A DNA stretch of 64,000 nt. It comes from Podarcis erhardii (lineage: Eukaryota). The DNA lies in NCBI GenBank assembly GCA_964252035.1, contig OZ176205.1; one strand, written 5' to 3'. How positions within the stretch are numbered: the first letter of the stretch is position 1; every line of letters starts with the position of its first letter. Shown in pieces: positions 26,301-37,758 of this stretch. The notes under the pieces were generated by a model. That model was not told where the DNA came from, did not search any database, and was given only the letters and a program-made list of their open reading frames with translations. Position numbers and translations under genes: made by a program.

Positions 26301-28399
26301 CTGCATTCTTAATTCCTGCCTGAGCAAGACTTGAGTAAAGACATGTTGGCCACCCAAGCACCTATATATTTAGCGATGCCACCTAGGAAACCTGAATCAC
26401 TTTTCCAGCTCTCATTCCCTTGGAGTCTCAAGCCCTTTTTCTCCTCTTATTATTTATTTACTGCACTGTTTTGCAATTAGGACAGAAGTACCTGCTGAAG
26501 CACTGGTGACATCTGCCTCAAAGATATGCAGCAATCCTAAGCATTCTTACTTAGAGAAGCCAGATTAAATCCACCCTTTTAAAATTGAATGTGTGGGTGC
26601 AAATCTAAACAAATATGCATGGCGTAATAATGTTCACTACTTCTTCTATATTACAGAGTTGAGTGCTTTTGCTTGCAGTAATGACATGTTTTTGCTTACT
26701 CTTTTTTACCCCCAGTAAACAGCAGTTTATTTCCAGCAGAGAACACAGCTTACATATTATGGAAGTGTATGAGGTCTCACCTATTTCATTTTTATACCAC
26801 CCAAAGTTAAAAACAAGGCCTTAAACTAAATTAGAAAAAATGTACTGTCAATACATGAGAAGGCACTATGACTGTACACAGTGTCAGCGAAGTATGAATT
26901 CCTCTCTACAGCGTATCTGCACAGATAAAAGTCACAGTCCATTACTTGATTAACAGCAGAGTAATGGGATTACTTTAGAGTAAGCGGGCTAAGAACTTAG
27001 GGAAAGCCTATATCTCTATATAAGAAGCAATTTGAGTATAGGGGCTGCTGCACTTTATTTCTGCTGCATCGCTCCTCAGTACTAATACATGACAGGTGCT
27101 ATCAACTGCCCATCTATAGTTACATGGGACAAACAGGGCAAATATCTATAGTAGAAAATAAATGTGCCAGAAACAACAACACAAAAAACCCAGTTTTTCA
27201 GCATCCCAGGAAATTTTATTTCTGTTGCCAAGGTCAAAGTAATAATTAAAAGGGTTGATACAGCATGGGATTGGAGTTCCTTTGCCAGTTTCACTCAACT
27301 CAAACAGGCCTTAATCATCATTTAGGGTGGTTGTCTTACTAGAGACGGCCATGAGATCATGAACAAATTAAGCTCTAACCCAGAATTATTGGGTATGCTA
27401 GCACTGATCTATGGCCTTCAGGATCTGATCCTTATTTACTTCAATTGAGTGCCTAATGAGTCATAGAAAGATGGTATCTCCAAGTTCAGTGTGTGTTTAT
27501 TTTTAATCTCACCTTACACCAACAGTTCCATCACATATTCATTAGTTCTGTGCGCACACAAGTGTGCCTATATGGACATGCCATGTTTAATGAAGCAGGA
27601 TTGAGTCTGGACTTGCCTCCACAATTAAACCAGCATTTTCATATTCCTCAGATACATATTATAATGGCTGCTGTCTGACATGCATATGTACCGCTGATGT
27701 TTCATCCACATGTTTATAACTGAATTGCAGCTTTCAGTAAAGTGACAACTCTTTTCCTGCAAGGAGACCAAGTATGTGCATGAGGCAATTAGACAAAACA
27801 ATTCGACCTATTTCCAAATACATGTCTAACCGCAACATCATGTATGTACGTTTACTCAGAAGTTCAACTGAATTCAGTTGGACTTAGTCCCAAATAAGCA
27901 TGCATGCACTTATTTAGGACTTACTCCTAAGTAAAGGTGGAGTCTGGGAACAGGAGCAACACCACTGCAAGCAGAAAGGTTTCTGATCCACTTTATAAAT
28001 AAGTCTGCTCGTTGCTGCTGTGTAATCTCACCGTATTGTATTACCAGCAGCCATGTCCATGAAAACATCAGTGTTTGATTTCTAAAGTATAAACCCGGTA
28101 TAACACCCTGAATCAGAGGCACATATTAAAAGGCCTCACTTTAGTTAGGATTCCAAAAACAGATGTTTTTATCTTAACATGCAAAAGGGGGAAAAGGAGG
28201 AGTCAGTCGTTTACTGTTACACACTGGGCCAAAGGTCTTAGAATTTATTGTCACACAAAGTGAAACCCGTTCCACACTTTCAGGCAGTTTTCAGGCAGCT
28301 GTAAGGTTGCCGCAGGCAGTTAAAAGCAATGCGACTCAACCCCAGCAAAATAAAAATTCCAATTGTCATTCAGCTACCATCAATTGACAACAGATGCCC

Positions 28400-28560
28400 A
28401 CGCAGACTCACCTGGGACTCAATGGCCACAGTGGGGCTTCTGAGTAAGCATGCACAGGATTGCGCCCTAAACCCTTAATCTGTTGCAAATGTTAGGCATG
28501 CTTGCTTGACTCCTACTGAACTCAATGGGACTTATTTCCGAGTGAACATAATTGGGATCA
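28400..28560. repeat. Old palindromic interspersed repeat (unclassified)
   Basis: TGAACTCAATGGGACTTA..CTGAGTA..ATAGGATTGC motif recurs at ~21775-21850, ~27840-27930, ~46815-46905 and ~62980-63060. Confidence 0.5.
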
Positions 28561-28899
28561 GGCCGATCAACGCACCCAGCGCCAGCCAGCTACCTTACAA
28601 GTGTGACACGTCATGAAGCGTTATTTGTTGCTGCTGTGCTGCTGCTTCTTCACATCCACAGCACACGCTTCCCTGGGGAGCCGACCTCACTGTCCCGACC
28701 CCCACCAGCGCGCGATTGTGCAACAACCGCAACTGCATTTACAAGTTTGCAAATGTTTGCTTTTCGTAAGAATCGGGGAGCCTGTCAAGTTTCCCGAGAC
28801 GGATCTTCTGTGCCTTTCTGCAAACGCAGATCAGCCCCGTCATTGCCGCCGTCAACGAGGGATTCGTAGGCCCCCGCCCAAACCAAGGATCGAGAGATG

Positions 28900-30370
28900 C
28901 TCCCCCATTGCACCGCGGAGCATCTACAGCCTTAAAAGTGGGCAAAGATATCCCATTCTGATCCCCCTTGGCTGCTCCCGCTTCTGAAAGGCCGCTGCGC
29001 CTGGCAAGGTTTTTCTTCCCCGGGCATCCAGGGATCGAAGCGGAGGAGAGGCCAGGGCCCGAGCAGGCCCGAGCACAGGGGGGAAGCGCAAATGCAACAA
29101 GAAAAACACCCCTCTCTCCGCCTTCTTTTGCACCCGAAGGAGAGAAACGCTTCGAGGGCTCCTCTCGCATCCCCAGCGCCCCGAGCGAGGGAGGATTGCG
29201 CAGCAGCAGCAGCCGGGCGAGGCCGGCGCCCTGGGGACCCCGGGGAGGCGAAGGCGCGCCCGCCGCGCGCGGGTCCCTTCCTCGACCACGAAGGACATTT
29301 CAGCAAGCCCTGCGAGCCGAGCGCCACCGCCGCCGCCGCTGCCCAACCCCGGCGGCCCCCGGAAAATGGCTGCCGCTGGAGCTGAGCCCTTTCTGGCAAA
29401 GCGGCTGCAGCAGAGCGCGCCGCCGGAGGAGCCACCTTGCCTTTCTGTTTCAGAAAATGAATAATAGTAGTAATAAAAGGGGGGGAAGAAACAGGCGGGG
29501 GAAGGCGAGGAAGCGTCGCATGGCTGCTGCATGGGCGGCCGCCCCCTCCCCGCTCCCTCCTTACCTTTGAATTTCAGCTCGTGCTGCGGTTCCAGACTCA
29601 GGACCTGCTCGGTTTTCGCCATGTTGTTGCCGCTGCTGCTGCTGCTGCCGCTCCTCCTCCTCGGCGGTGGAGGCACCAAGCAGGGTTGGAGAGGGAACAG
29701 CAATATATATATATATATATTATATGAGATAGATAGATATATATTTATATAAGGTTGCGATTTGGAGGCGGAGGGCAGAAGAATGCACACACGCCAGGGA
29801 CGCACCCGCGGCTGGTTGGGTAAGAGCTCCTTCCTTAGAGGAGCCTGGGCAGGGAAGGGAAATAAGCGCGGAGGAGGGAGGTGGCGGCGGCGGCGGCGGC
29901 GGCTCCGGTTCTAGGGCGGAGGGAGGTGGGGGCGAGAGGCGGCAGCACCCACCGGAGGCTGTTGCACACAGCGAGGGGAATAAGCCGCCCCGCGCGCCCC
30001 CAACGCGCACACTCGCTCGCTCGCCGACGCTGCTGCTGCTGCTGCTGCTGCTTCCCTCCCTGGCAAGGAGGCGGGGAGGACGATGCAGCAATGGCAAAGG
30101 GGGAGGGCGGAGAGGGAAGCTGCAAGCTGACGTCTCCAGCCGGCACGGGCGGAGTGGGGAGTGGGGGGCGGGCGGGCGGCGGCAGCAAGAGGCAAACCCA
30201 GCGCTCGGGGAGGCGAAAGGAACGGCGCGCGTCATGCTGGGCGGGGCTTAAAAGGGAGCCGGGAGGAGGCGAGGGCGCACGCGCCGCGGAGGAAGCGCGC
30301 AAGGAGCCGCGCGGGGGGCGGGGGAACAGGGGCAGAGGGTTTACTCGGGAGAAAGCAGTAGGGGGCCCAG
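28900..30370. promoter_or_regulatory. CpG island / promoter region of VAPB
   Basis: Sharp rise in GC and CpG around VAPB exon 1, with GC-box-like GGGCGG motifs; boundaries approximate. Confidence 0.85.
29565..29622 (-). CDS. VAPB: VAPB coding exon 1 ([19 protein letters not shown]+G)
   Basis: ATG at 29622 in AACATGG context, 58 nt, GTAAGG donor; N-terminus matches recalled VAPB ([20 protein letters not shown]) rather than VAPA; RAB22A neighbour agrees. Confidence 0.95.
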
Positions 30371-30449
30371 CTGGCATTCGAGTAAATGAGCATAAGTTGC
30401 ACACTTTGGGTTTTGTTACATATTCTCGACAATAGGGACGCGTCCTATG

Positions 30450-30502
30450 CCATCATCATCATCATCATCATTATTATTATTATTATTATCATTATTATTA
30501 TT
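30450..30502. repeat. Compound (CAT)n(TAT)n microsatellite
   Basis: Directly visible just outside the VAPB CpG island. Confidence 0.93.
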
Positions 30503-30552
30503 AAAAACTGCTCCTTATGTGGTATCCAAGAGCCCTTAAAGAGTCTTTAAGT

Positions 30553-31000
30553 GGATGGTTTTCCCAGTAGTGATGTATGGAAGTGAGAGCTGGACCATAA
30601 AGAAGGCTGATCGCCGAAGAATGGATGCTTTTGAATTCTGGTGCTGGAGGAGACTCTTGAGAGTCCCATGGACTGCAAGAAGATCAAACATGTTCATTCT
30701 TCAGGAAATCAGCCCTGAGTGCTCACTGGAAGGACAGATCCTGAAGCTGAGGCTCCAGTACTTTGGCTACCTCATGAGAAGAGAAGACTCCCTGGAAAAG
30801 ACCCTGATGTTGGGAAAGATGGAGGGCACAAGGAGAAGGGGACAACAGAGGATGAGATGGTTGGATAGTGTTCTCGAAGCTACCAGAATGAGTCTGACCA
30901 AACTGCGGGAGGCAGTGGAAGATAGGAGTGCCTGGAGTGCTCTGGTCCATGGGGTCACAAGGAGTCGGACACGACTAAACAACTAAACAACAACAACAAC
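30553..31000 (+). mobile_element. Bov-B LINE, 5'-truncated 3' end with uninterrupted frame
   Basis: 143-aa ORF 30555..30986 is nearly identical to the first copy; (AAC)n tail. Confidence 0.92.
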
Positions 31001-31205
31001 CTATTGGTAGGAGAAAATAACAGGCCAACCAGAGAATATTAAGAAGCAAAGCGACTAGTAAGCCAGATCTTTAACTGTTGCAAAAGGGTCCCCACTTACC
31101 ACACGCAGGAGGAAGAAGGGACCCAGAACAATGCTGTGCAAGCCCTTACATAGACTTCTGCAGTGCTTTTTATATGCACGGCCACACACACGCATGTTTG
31201 GGGTA

Positions 31206-31604
31206 CAGTGGTGCGCCGCAAGACGAACGCCTCGCAAGATGGAAAACCCGCTAGACGAAAGGGTTTTCCATTTTGGAGGTGCTTCGCAAAACGAATTTCC
31301 CTATGGGTTTGCTTCGCAAGAAAGGGTTTTTCGTTTTGGAGGTGCTTCGCAAAACGAATTTCCCTATGGGCTTGCTTCGCAAGACGAAAATGTCTTGCGA
31401 GTTCCTGCAGGGTTTTTTTCCTCCCCCCCCCTTTTCTAAGCTGCTAAGCCGCTTATCAGCTGATCCGCTAAGCCGCTAAAAGCCGCTAAGCCGCTAATAG
31501 CGCTAATCCGCTAAGCCGTCAATGGGCTTGCTTTGCAAGACGAAAAAACCGCTAGACGAAGAGAATCGCGGAACGGATTCTTTTCGTCTTGCGAGGCACC
31601 ACTG
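31206..31604. mobile_element. Family-B MITE (reverse orientation to 54252)
   Basis: TIRs, TA flanks, GCTAAGCC-type tandem core. Confidence 0.85.
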
Positions 31605-31649
31605 TACTCTCATTTTCCTACTCATAAACTGCTTCTGGTGCAATAGGAC

Positions 31650-31850
31650 ACCGTGGCGGAAACCAGAGCACATGGAAACGCTGTTTACCTTCCCGCTGGA
31701 GCGGTACCTATTTATCTACCTGTACTGGTGTGCTTTCGAACTGCTAGGTTGGCAGGAGCTGGGACAGAGAAACGGGAGCTCACCCTGTTGCTGGGATTCG
31801 AACCACCGATCTTCCGATTGGCAAGCCCAAGAGGCCCTGTGGTCTAACCA
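31650..31850 (-). mobile_element. Sauria SINE, partial
   Basis: Head-side half only (GGAAACGCTGTTTACCTTCCCGCTGGAGCGGTACCTATTTATCTAC...). Confidence 0.85.
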
Positions 31851-32897
31851 GCATTTCGAATTGTGCCTGGAAATGGGTCCGTAGCTAGTGAAGCTGTTTC
31901 AACAAGGGAGTGACATGCTCTCTGTAATTGGCCCCAGTCTCCATTCTGGCTGCAGAATTCTGGATCAGCTGAAGCTTCTGAACACATCACATAGACGTAG
32001 CGAAGGCATGTGACACCATGGCCAGATCCTGCATCCCAAGGAGCTGGTGCAGTAAAGCACTGTGCAAACTGGTGGAATAGTGATGATGATAATATCACAG
32101 AAGCAACTTTGCCTTAAAAAAAATTCCTCACCCCCCAAAAAAAACCTTTGAAGTTTCAGGCCTTAACTAGGAGATGAACTGGAGCCTTCAATCATAGTAT
32201 ATTAAATGAAATAGAAAATACCATTTACAACAAGGCGCCATGCTCCTTATTCTATTCAGAAGAAAAGCAATATATTTTATTCCTTCCATCTCGTGGCAGC
32301 TTTATCACACCCATTTATTTTCCTGCCTAGTTTTGCAGAGGAGAGGTTGCAAAACCAGATTCTTAGAATGATTTGGGTTTTCCTTGTTTCCTAAATGATT
32401 GGCCATTGCTGGTGAAGTTAATTACAATGTCCCATTGCCATTTCCTGTAGGAACAAACTCGGAAGTTTGCCTATCAGGTTGGAGGCGAAACTGGGCCAGT
32501 GGTTTCTGTATTCTCAGAGGAACGATTTGGGGGGACCCCCCTGAACCCTAGAATTTAATAAATGGTAGGGTTTTCATTATTTGGGATGCAAAGGGAGAAA
32601 TACAAGCTGCAGGGGTATTCCTTGGCTAGCCTATGCAAAGCAACCTGGCCAAGCTAGGGCCATTAAGAAACAACAGAGGGCTGTTGAGAGCTTGCCAGGG
32701 CAACTGGTTCTGAGGTGACAGGAAAAGAGAGTTTTTAGCAAGGGTTGCTGGGAAGAAGAAAGACTGGAATCTAGGGATATTCTGGGATCAAATTAGAAGC
32801 CAGGATGGCTTTCGGAATTCAGGCACTGTTTCTGGAAAATCAGAACCCTTGGAGGGTATGCTACAGACTGCCTGAAGCCCTGAATCAAAGCACAATA

Positions 32898-33157
32898 CAG
32901 TGGTACCTCGGGTTAAGTACTTAATTTGTTCCGGACGTCCGTTCCGGAGGTCGTTCCGTACTTAACCTGAAACTGTTCTTAACCTGAAGCACCACTTATA
33001 GCTAATGGAGCCTCCTGCTGCTGCTGCGCCGCCGGAACACAATTTCTATTCTCATCCTGAAGCAAAGTTCTTAACCTGAAGCAATATTTTTGGGTTAGCG
33101 GAGTCTGTAACCTGAAGCATATGTAACCTGAAGCGTATGTAGCCTGAGGTACCACTG
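32898..33157. mobile_element. Tigger/pogo-like MITE, family A
   Basis: As 5057, with small internal duplications. Confidence 0.85.
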
Positions 33158-33685
33158 TACTGTGGAGACGCGCTGCAAGCTTATGTTGCAGAGCCCACGT
33201 CGTAGATAAACCTCAGCTTTTAACCAAGGTCTAGAAGACTATTTAATTTTCTAGTGCAATGTGATGTATAAAAATAGCTACTGGTCTTAAAAACATTTGA
33301 ATGCAGTTGGGCTCATTTAGTATGGGAGCCATGTTTTTCCAGAACTGGCTGCAAACAGAATTAAAGCAGTGATTTCATATGGCACGTAATGTAAGTGCGA
33401 TGTTACTCATCCGTGCCCAGCCCCATGGCTCAGAAACATGCTGTTACAGGTCTTCCTTCCCCTCCTCCAGAGAGATTTATTATTGTTATTATGCTGGCCT
33501 TTGGAATTACAAACACACTTGTGTGACGCTGTGATCTGGCAAGTGCTCCCTCCCTACGTCCAGGATGTTAGCGTGACACAAAAATCACTGTGGGAAGGGC
33601 AAACAATTTTCCTGATACAACAGTTCATAAAGCAGTTGTCACAGGAAAAGCTTGAAGCACACCATCTGATGGGGGAAATCACACA

Positions 33686-34329
33686 CATACCCTCCAACAT
33701 TTCCCTAATGAAAATAGGGACGTCCCATTCCATAATGATAATTTTAGTATTTATACGCCAGACATCTTACTGGGTTTCCCCAGCCATTATGCGCAGCTTC
33801 CAACACATATAGAAACATAAAGGGAAAGGGAAAGGGACCCCTGACCACTAGGTCCAGTCGTGACTGACTCTGGGGTTGCGGCACTCATCTCGCTTTATTG
33901 GCTGAGGGAGTTGGCGTACAGTTTCCGGGTCATGTGGCCAGCATGACTAAGCTGCTTCTGGCGAACCAGAGCAGCGCACGGAAACACCGTTTACCTATTT
34001 ATCTACTTGCACTTTGACGTGCTTTCGAACTGCTAGGTTGGCAGGAGCAGGGACCGAGCAACGGGAGCTGGGATTCGAACCGCCAACCTTCAGATCAGCA
34101 AGTCCTAGGCTCTGTGGTATAAAACATTAAAAGAAACTTCCCTATACAGGATTGCCTTCAGACGGCTTGGGGGGGGGGGAGTCAGATAATTCCATACCCT
34201 CCAACATTTCTCGAATGGAAATAGGGGCATCCTGAGGAAAAGTTGGATGTTTCAGGTTGAAATCAGAAACAGGGACTGCTTCTCTAAATCAGGGACGTCC
34301 CTGGAAAATAGGGGCACTTGGAGGGTCTG
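33686..34329. mobile_element. Composite element: partial MITE end + antisense L2 tail + ~137-bp MITE (interrupted by a Sauria SINE)
   Basis: CATACCCTCCAACATTTC..GAAAATAGGG occurs twice, right end TTGGAGGGTCTG; the middle is the reverse complement of the L2 tail seen at 41640-41760. Confidence 0.65.
33820..34118 (-). mobile_element. Sauria SINE with internal deletions, nested in a composite element
   Basis: Same consensus as the other copies; lacks the first ~25 nt of the head. Confidence 0.87.
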
Positions 34330-34550
34330 TTCTTCCCGCCCAGGGTGCCCTCTGCCTGCCCCATATCTGGTGCGTCACGCAGGGTTGGGCCTTAGCTGTG
34401 GTAGCTTCTCCAGCAGCTGCTCTGAGCTGCCCAAGGGAGGCGACCGGCATCAGCCTCCTAACCATAGATGCTCATTTGCCATGGGCTTTAGGAAACATTA
34501 ACATTTTTTGTGTCCTAAATAGCGGACTCTGATCAGGCATCACTTTAAGG

Positions 34551-34721
34551 CAGGGGTGCCCAAACATTTTTCAAAGAGGGCCAGATGCGGTGAACATGTG
34601 TGAGGGCCGACCAAAGTTGTTAGGAAGGAAGTTGCTGAGCTTTTTTTACAATTTTACCCCAAAGTTGACTGCCACAGGGGCTGCCGGATTAGGCCCCCAA
34701 AGCAAACTTTGCACATGCCTG
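34551..34721. mobile_element. Non-autonomous hAT element with perfect 8-bp TSD
   Basis: CAGG...CAAA imperfect TIRs; CTTTAAGG at 34543-34550 and 34722-34729. Confidence 0.8.
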
Positions 34722-35496
34722 CTTTAAGGCAAAGTCCAGGTGATAGTCTGTTAATAGCAATCAGATAGTAAACCCACAACACTATTTTAAAAATCTAGTT
34801 TTGAAAAAAACGATCCGTTCAACATTCTCTGCTACCCAAGAACCTCCCTTGCATTATTTTGACTTGTGATTATATTTCCTGGGACCTCTTTCCAGCATGA
34901 AAATAAAACATACCTGTTTTTATCTACCACACGACAGCAGTCTTTCCACTGCTGAATGTCTTCCATTCGTTTCAGTAGTTCAAGGGTCCCTCAGGATCAA
35001 GGAAATGAATGGTGGTTGCACAGCTGTTTTGATCAATAAATCCTGCCCCCATCCCCACAACACACCATGACAAAATTGGACTTTTCATTGCTCTTCAAGC
35101 CAGAAAGCTGCCGTTCTACAACACTGGATATTTATTGCTTTGTAATGCAAGTAGAGAACTTGTTCTGGAAAGCAACGAGATATTAACAGGACAGTTGTTT
35201 CTACGATGAAGCAGTTTGGAAGAATGTTTGATGGCTCCTTGCAGAGCAAATGCCGACTTAATGAAATTGTCAACGGAACACATTTCTACTGGATACCCTT
35301 TGGTTTGGTTGTCATCCCTCAAGGCATTCGGCTTTATTGGTGTGGGAGCTGTTCACTTCTAATAATATTTTATAGCCAGGTCCTAAGATCTGCTGGGCCA
35401 GCAATCTGTGCCTGAGAGGGGGGTGTAGGATGCACTGCTGAAATATTTCAAGCAACATAATAGTTTGCAAACAAATATTTTAAGCCTATCACTATA

Positions 35497-35770
35497 CAGT
35501 GGCACCTCAGGTTAAGTACTTAATTGGTTCCGGAAGTCTGTTCTTAACCTGAAGCGTTCTTAACCTGAAGTGGACTTTCCCATTGAAAGTAATGGAAAGT
35601 GGATTGATCTGTTCCAGACGATGAAAAACACCCCCTAAAACAGCAATTTAACACAAATTTTACTCTTTCACGAGACCATTGATCCATAACATGATGGCAA
35701 TAATCAATGTACTGTACTATAAAATAAATAAGACAGTATTTTAGATGAAAAAAATTAACATGTATTTCTT
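35497..35770. mobile_element. Left end of a longer family-A-related element, no right TIR seen
   Basis: TACAGTGGCACCTCAGGTTAAGTACTTAATT start, then a different interior; right boundary approximate. Confidence 0.65.
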
Positions 35771-35789
35771 TTCTTATGTGCACTCACTG

Positions 35790-36256
35790 TTTGGAGGAGG
35801 CTCAGGGTCCTCTTCCACAATCAACCCCCCCATGGAAGTCCCAGGAGGGACACTGAGGACAGGTCAGGGGATGAATTGGGAGCAGAATGTTGGATGCTGC
35901 AGAAGCAACAGGCTTGAGTGAGAGAGAAGAGCCAGAGGCAGGAAGCAGTTCAGACTCAGGACATGAAGCTGGGAAGGAAGGGCCAGAGGCTTCAGAAGCA
36001 TCCACAGAGCTTGCCTTTTTGACTGTAGTAAGTTCCCCTCCCCACATGTCTCCAAGGACATGAAGAACCTTGCATGTAGCAGAACAAAGGGCTCAGATGG
36101 TTCCTCCCAGGCTGCTGTGGAGACATCCAGCTGGAGGGGAGACTTAGCAGGAAGTAGGAGGCACAGATAGTGTCCGTCCGGGCAACTGTATTATTGGGGG
36201 CCAGCCTTGCATTGAGACTTCTCTGCTTGTATGCTGTTTTCTTGAATAAAGAACTC
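35790..36256 (+). mobile_element. Possible degenerate solo-LTR-like repeat
   Basis: Purine-rich ~470-bp block ending TTGAATAAAGAACT, resembling lizard LTR-like repeats from recall; TG..CA termini not resolved. Confidence 0.4.
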
Positions 36257-36455
36257 AGAAAGAACTTTCTGACAGCAAGAGTTGTTTGACAGTAGAAAGG
36301 TCTCCCTTGGGAGGTTGTGGACTCTCCTTCCTTGGAGGTTTTTAAGCAGAGGTTGGATGGCCATCTATCATGGATGCTTTAGCTGAGATTCCTGCATTAC
36401 AGGGGGCTGGACTAGATGACCCTTAGGTCCCTTCCAACTCAACAATTCTATGGTT
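36257..36455 (+). mobile_element. CR1 LINE 3' fragment
   Basis: AAGAACTTTCTGACAG...GGAGGTTTTTAAGCAGAGG...GGACTAGATGACC...TTCCAACTC...ATTCTATG. Confidence 0.85.
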
Positions 36456-37391
36456 TTTCATATGGAAATTCCAGAGAAGCAGACATGTTAGCTAAATGTT
36501 CAGCTGAATGACAAGACAAGTATTATTACTGGTTGTTATCAACCACCTCCACTAGCCTGACTATTACCACTGATTTCATCAAGAGATGGCAACTATATGG
36601 TTGTGGCAAACACAGATCCACCCTCCCGAAAGAATGGTGGCTGATAAATGCCTTGAGGTCACTTCTATGGATATCTGTGTCCATGTATCACTCTTATCAG
36701 TGACTGCCTGTGATGCCAAGACTATAGACTCTCAGGTCTTTGGATTCAAGGCAGGATAATCAATCATTTGCCACTAGGGAAGTTTATACACTTTCGTGTC
36801 TGAACTGAAGCCTTTTAGCGGGTCTCTAAATCAAATCTGAAACATTCAGCAGGAATAGAGACAATCACCAAGCCACTAGTTGTTTGTGGCTGTTGTCAAG
36901 GGAACTAATTCAACTTGCATCTTTGGTTTAAAGAATTAACATATTATGATGATCTGCAATCTAATGCAGCTCTCCCACCCCAGGGAAGAAGTTTGCAGAA
37001 ACAAAATCGAGCTACATCGGGGGGGGGGGGAGAGTTATACACAACTAATTGGGTAGTAATAATAAATTTGTAGCCCACCCATCCGACTGGGTTGCCCCAG
37101 CCACTCTAGGTACTCAAAGGACTTGGATGACTATTTGTAAAATTTTATAAGGGTTGTGTGCATTTTGTGTGTGCATGTGTTTTACAGTACTTCTCTTCCT
37201 ATTGTGAATTTTTGGGGTCACAGCTTTAATCTTATATGAGGTGGGCTTAAAGAAATAGGTTGGGGACACTTCATTGTGATTTCTTTCCAATTCCATACAG
37301 AAAGTTGTCTAATTTCTTCTTTTTATTAAGTAAACAACACAGGCTCCAACTGCACAAGCAACAGACAAAATCAAACCTCCTGCCTATCTTG

Positions 37392-37758
37392 TACACCCAC
37401 CAACATTTCTCTGATGAAAATAGGGGTGTCCTGTTCCATTATTATTATTATTATCTTACCCATCTTACTGGGTTGCCCCAGCCACTCTGGGCAGCTTCCA
37501 ACATATATAAAAACATAATTAAGCATTAAAAAAAAAAATCTTCCCTGTACAGGGCTGCCTTCAGATGCCTTCTAAAGGTTGTATATTTACTTACATCCTT
37601 GGCTTTGGGGTCGCATAACCCCATACACTCCAACATTTCTCCGATAAAATAGGGATGTCCTAAGGAAAAGTGGAACATTCCAGGATCAAATCAGAAACTG
37701 GGAGGGCTTCTGTAAATCTGGGACTGCCCCTGGAAAATAGGGACACGTGGAGGGTCTG
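37392..37758. mobile_element. Second copy of the composite element
   Basis: Same module order and same right end GGAGGGTCTG. Confidence 0.65.

Noticed and set aside
29720-30235. 171-aa upstream ORF before the VAPB ATG
   Set aside because: TSS unknown and composition low-complexity; cannot be supported as a uORF.
28739-30435. Many long overlapping ORFs (up to 293 aa) on both strands
   Set aside because: Stop-poor CpG island; low-complexity translations. Only the 58-nt VAPB exon has splice and homology support.
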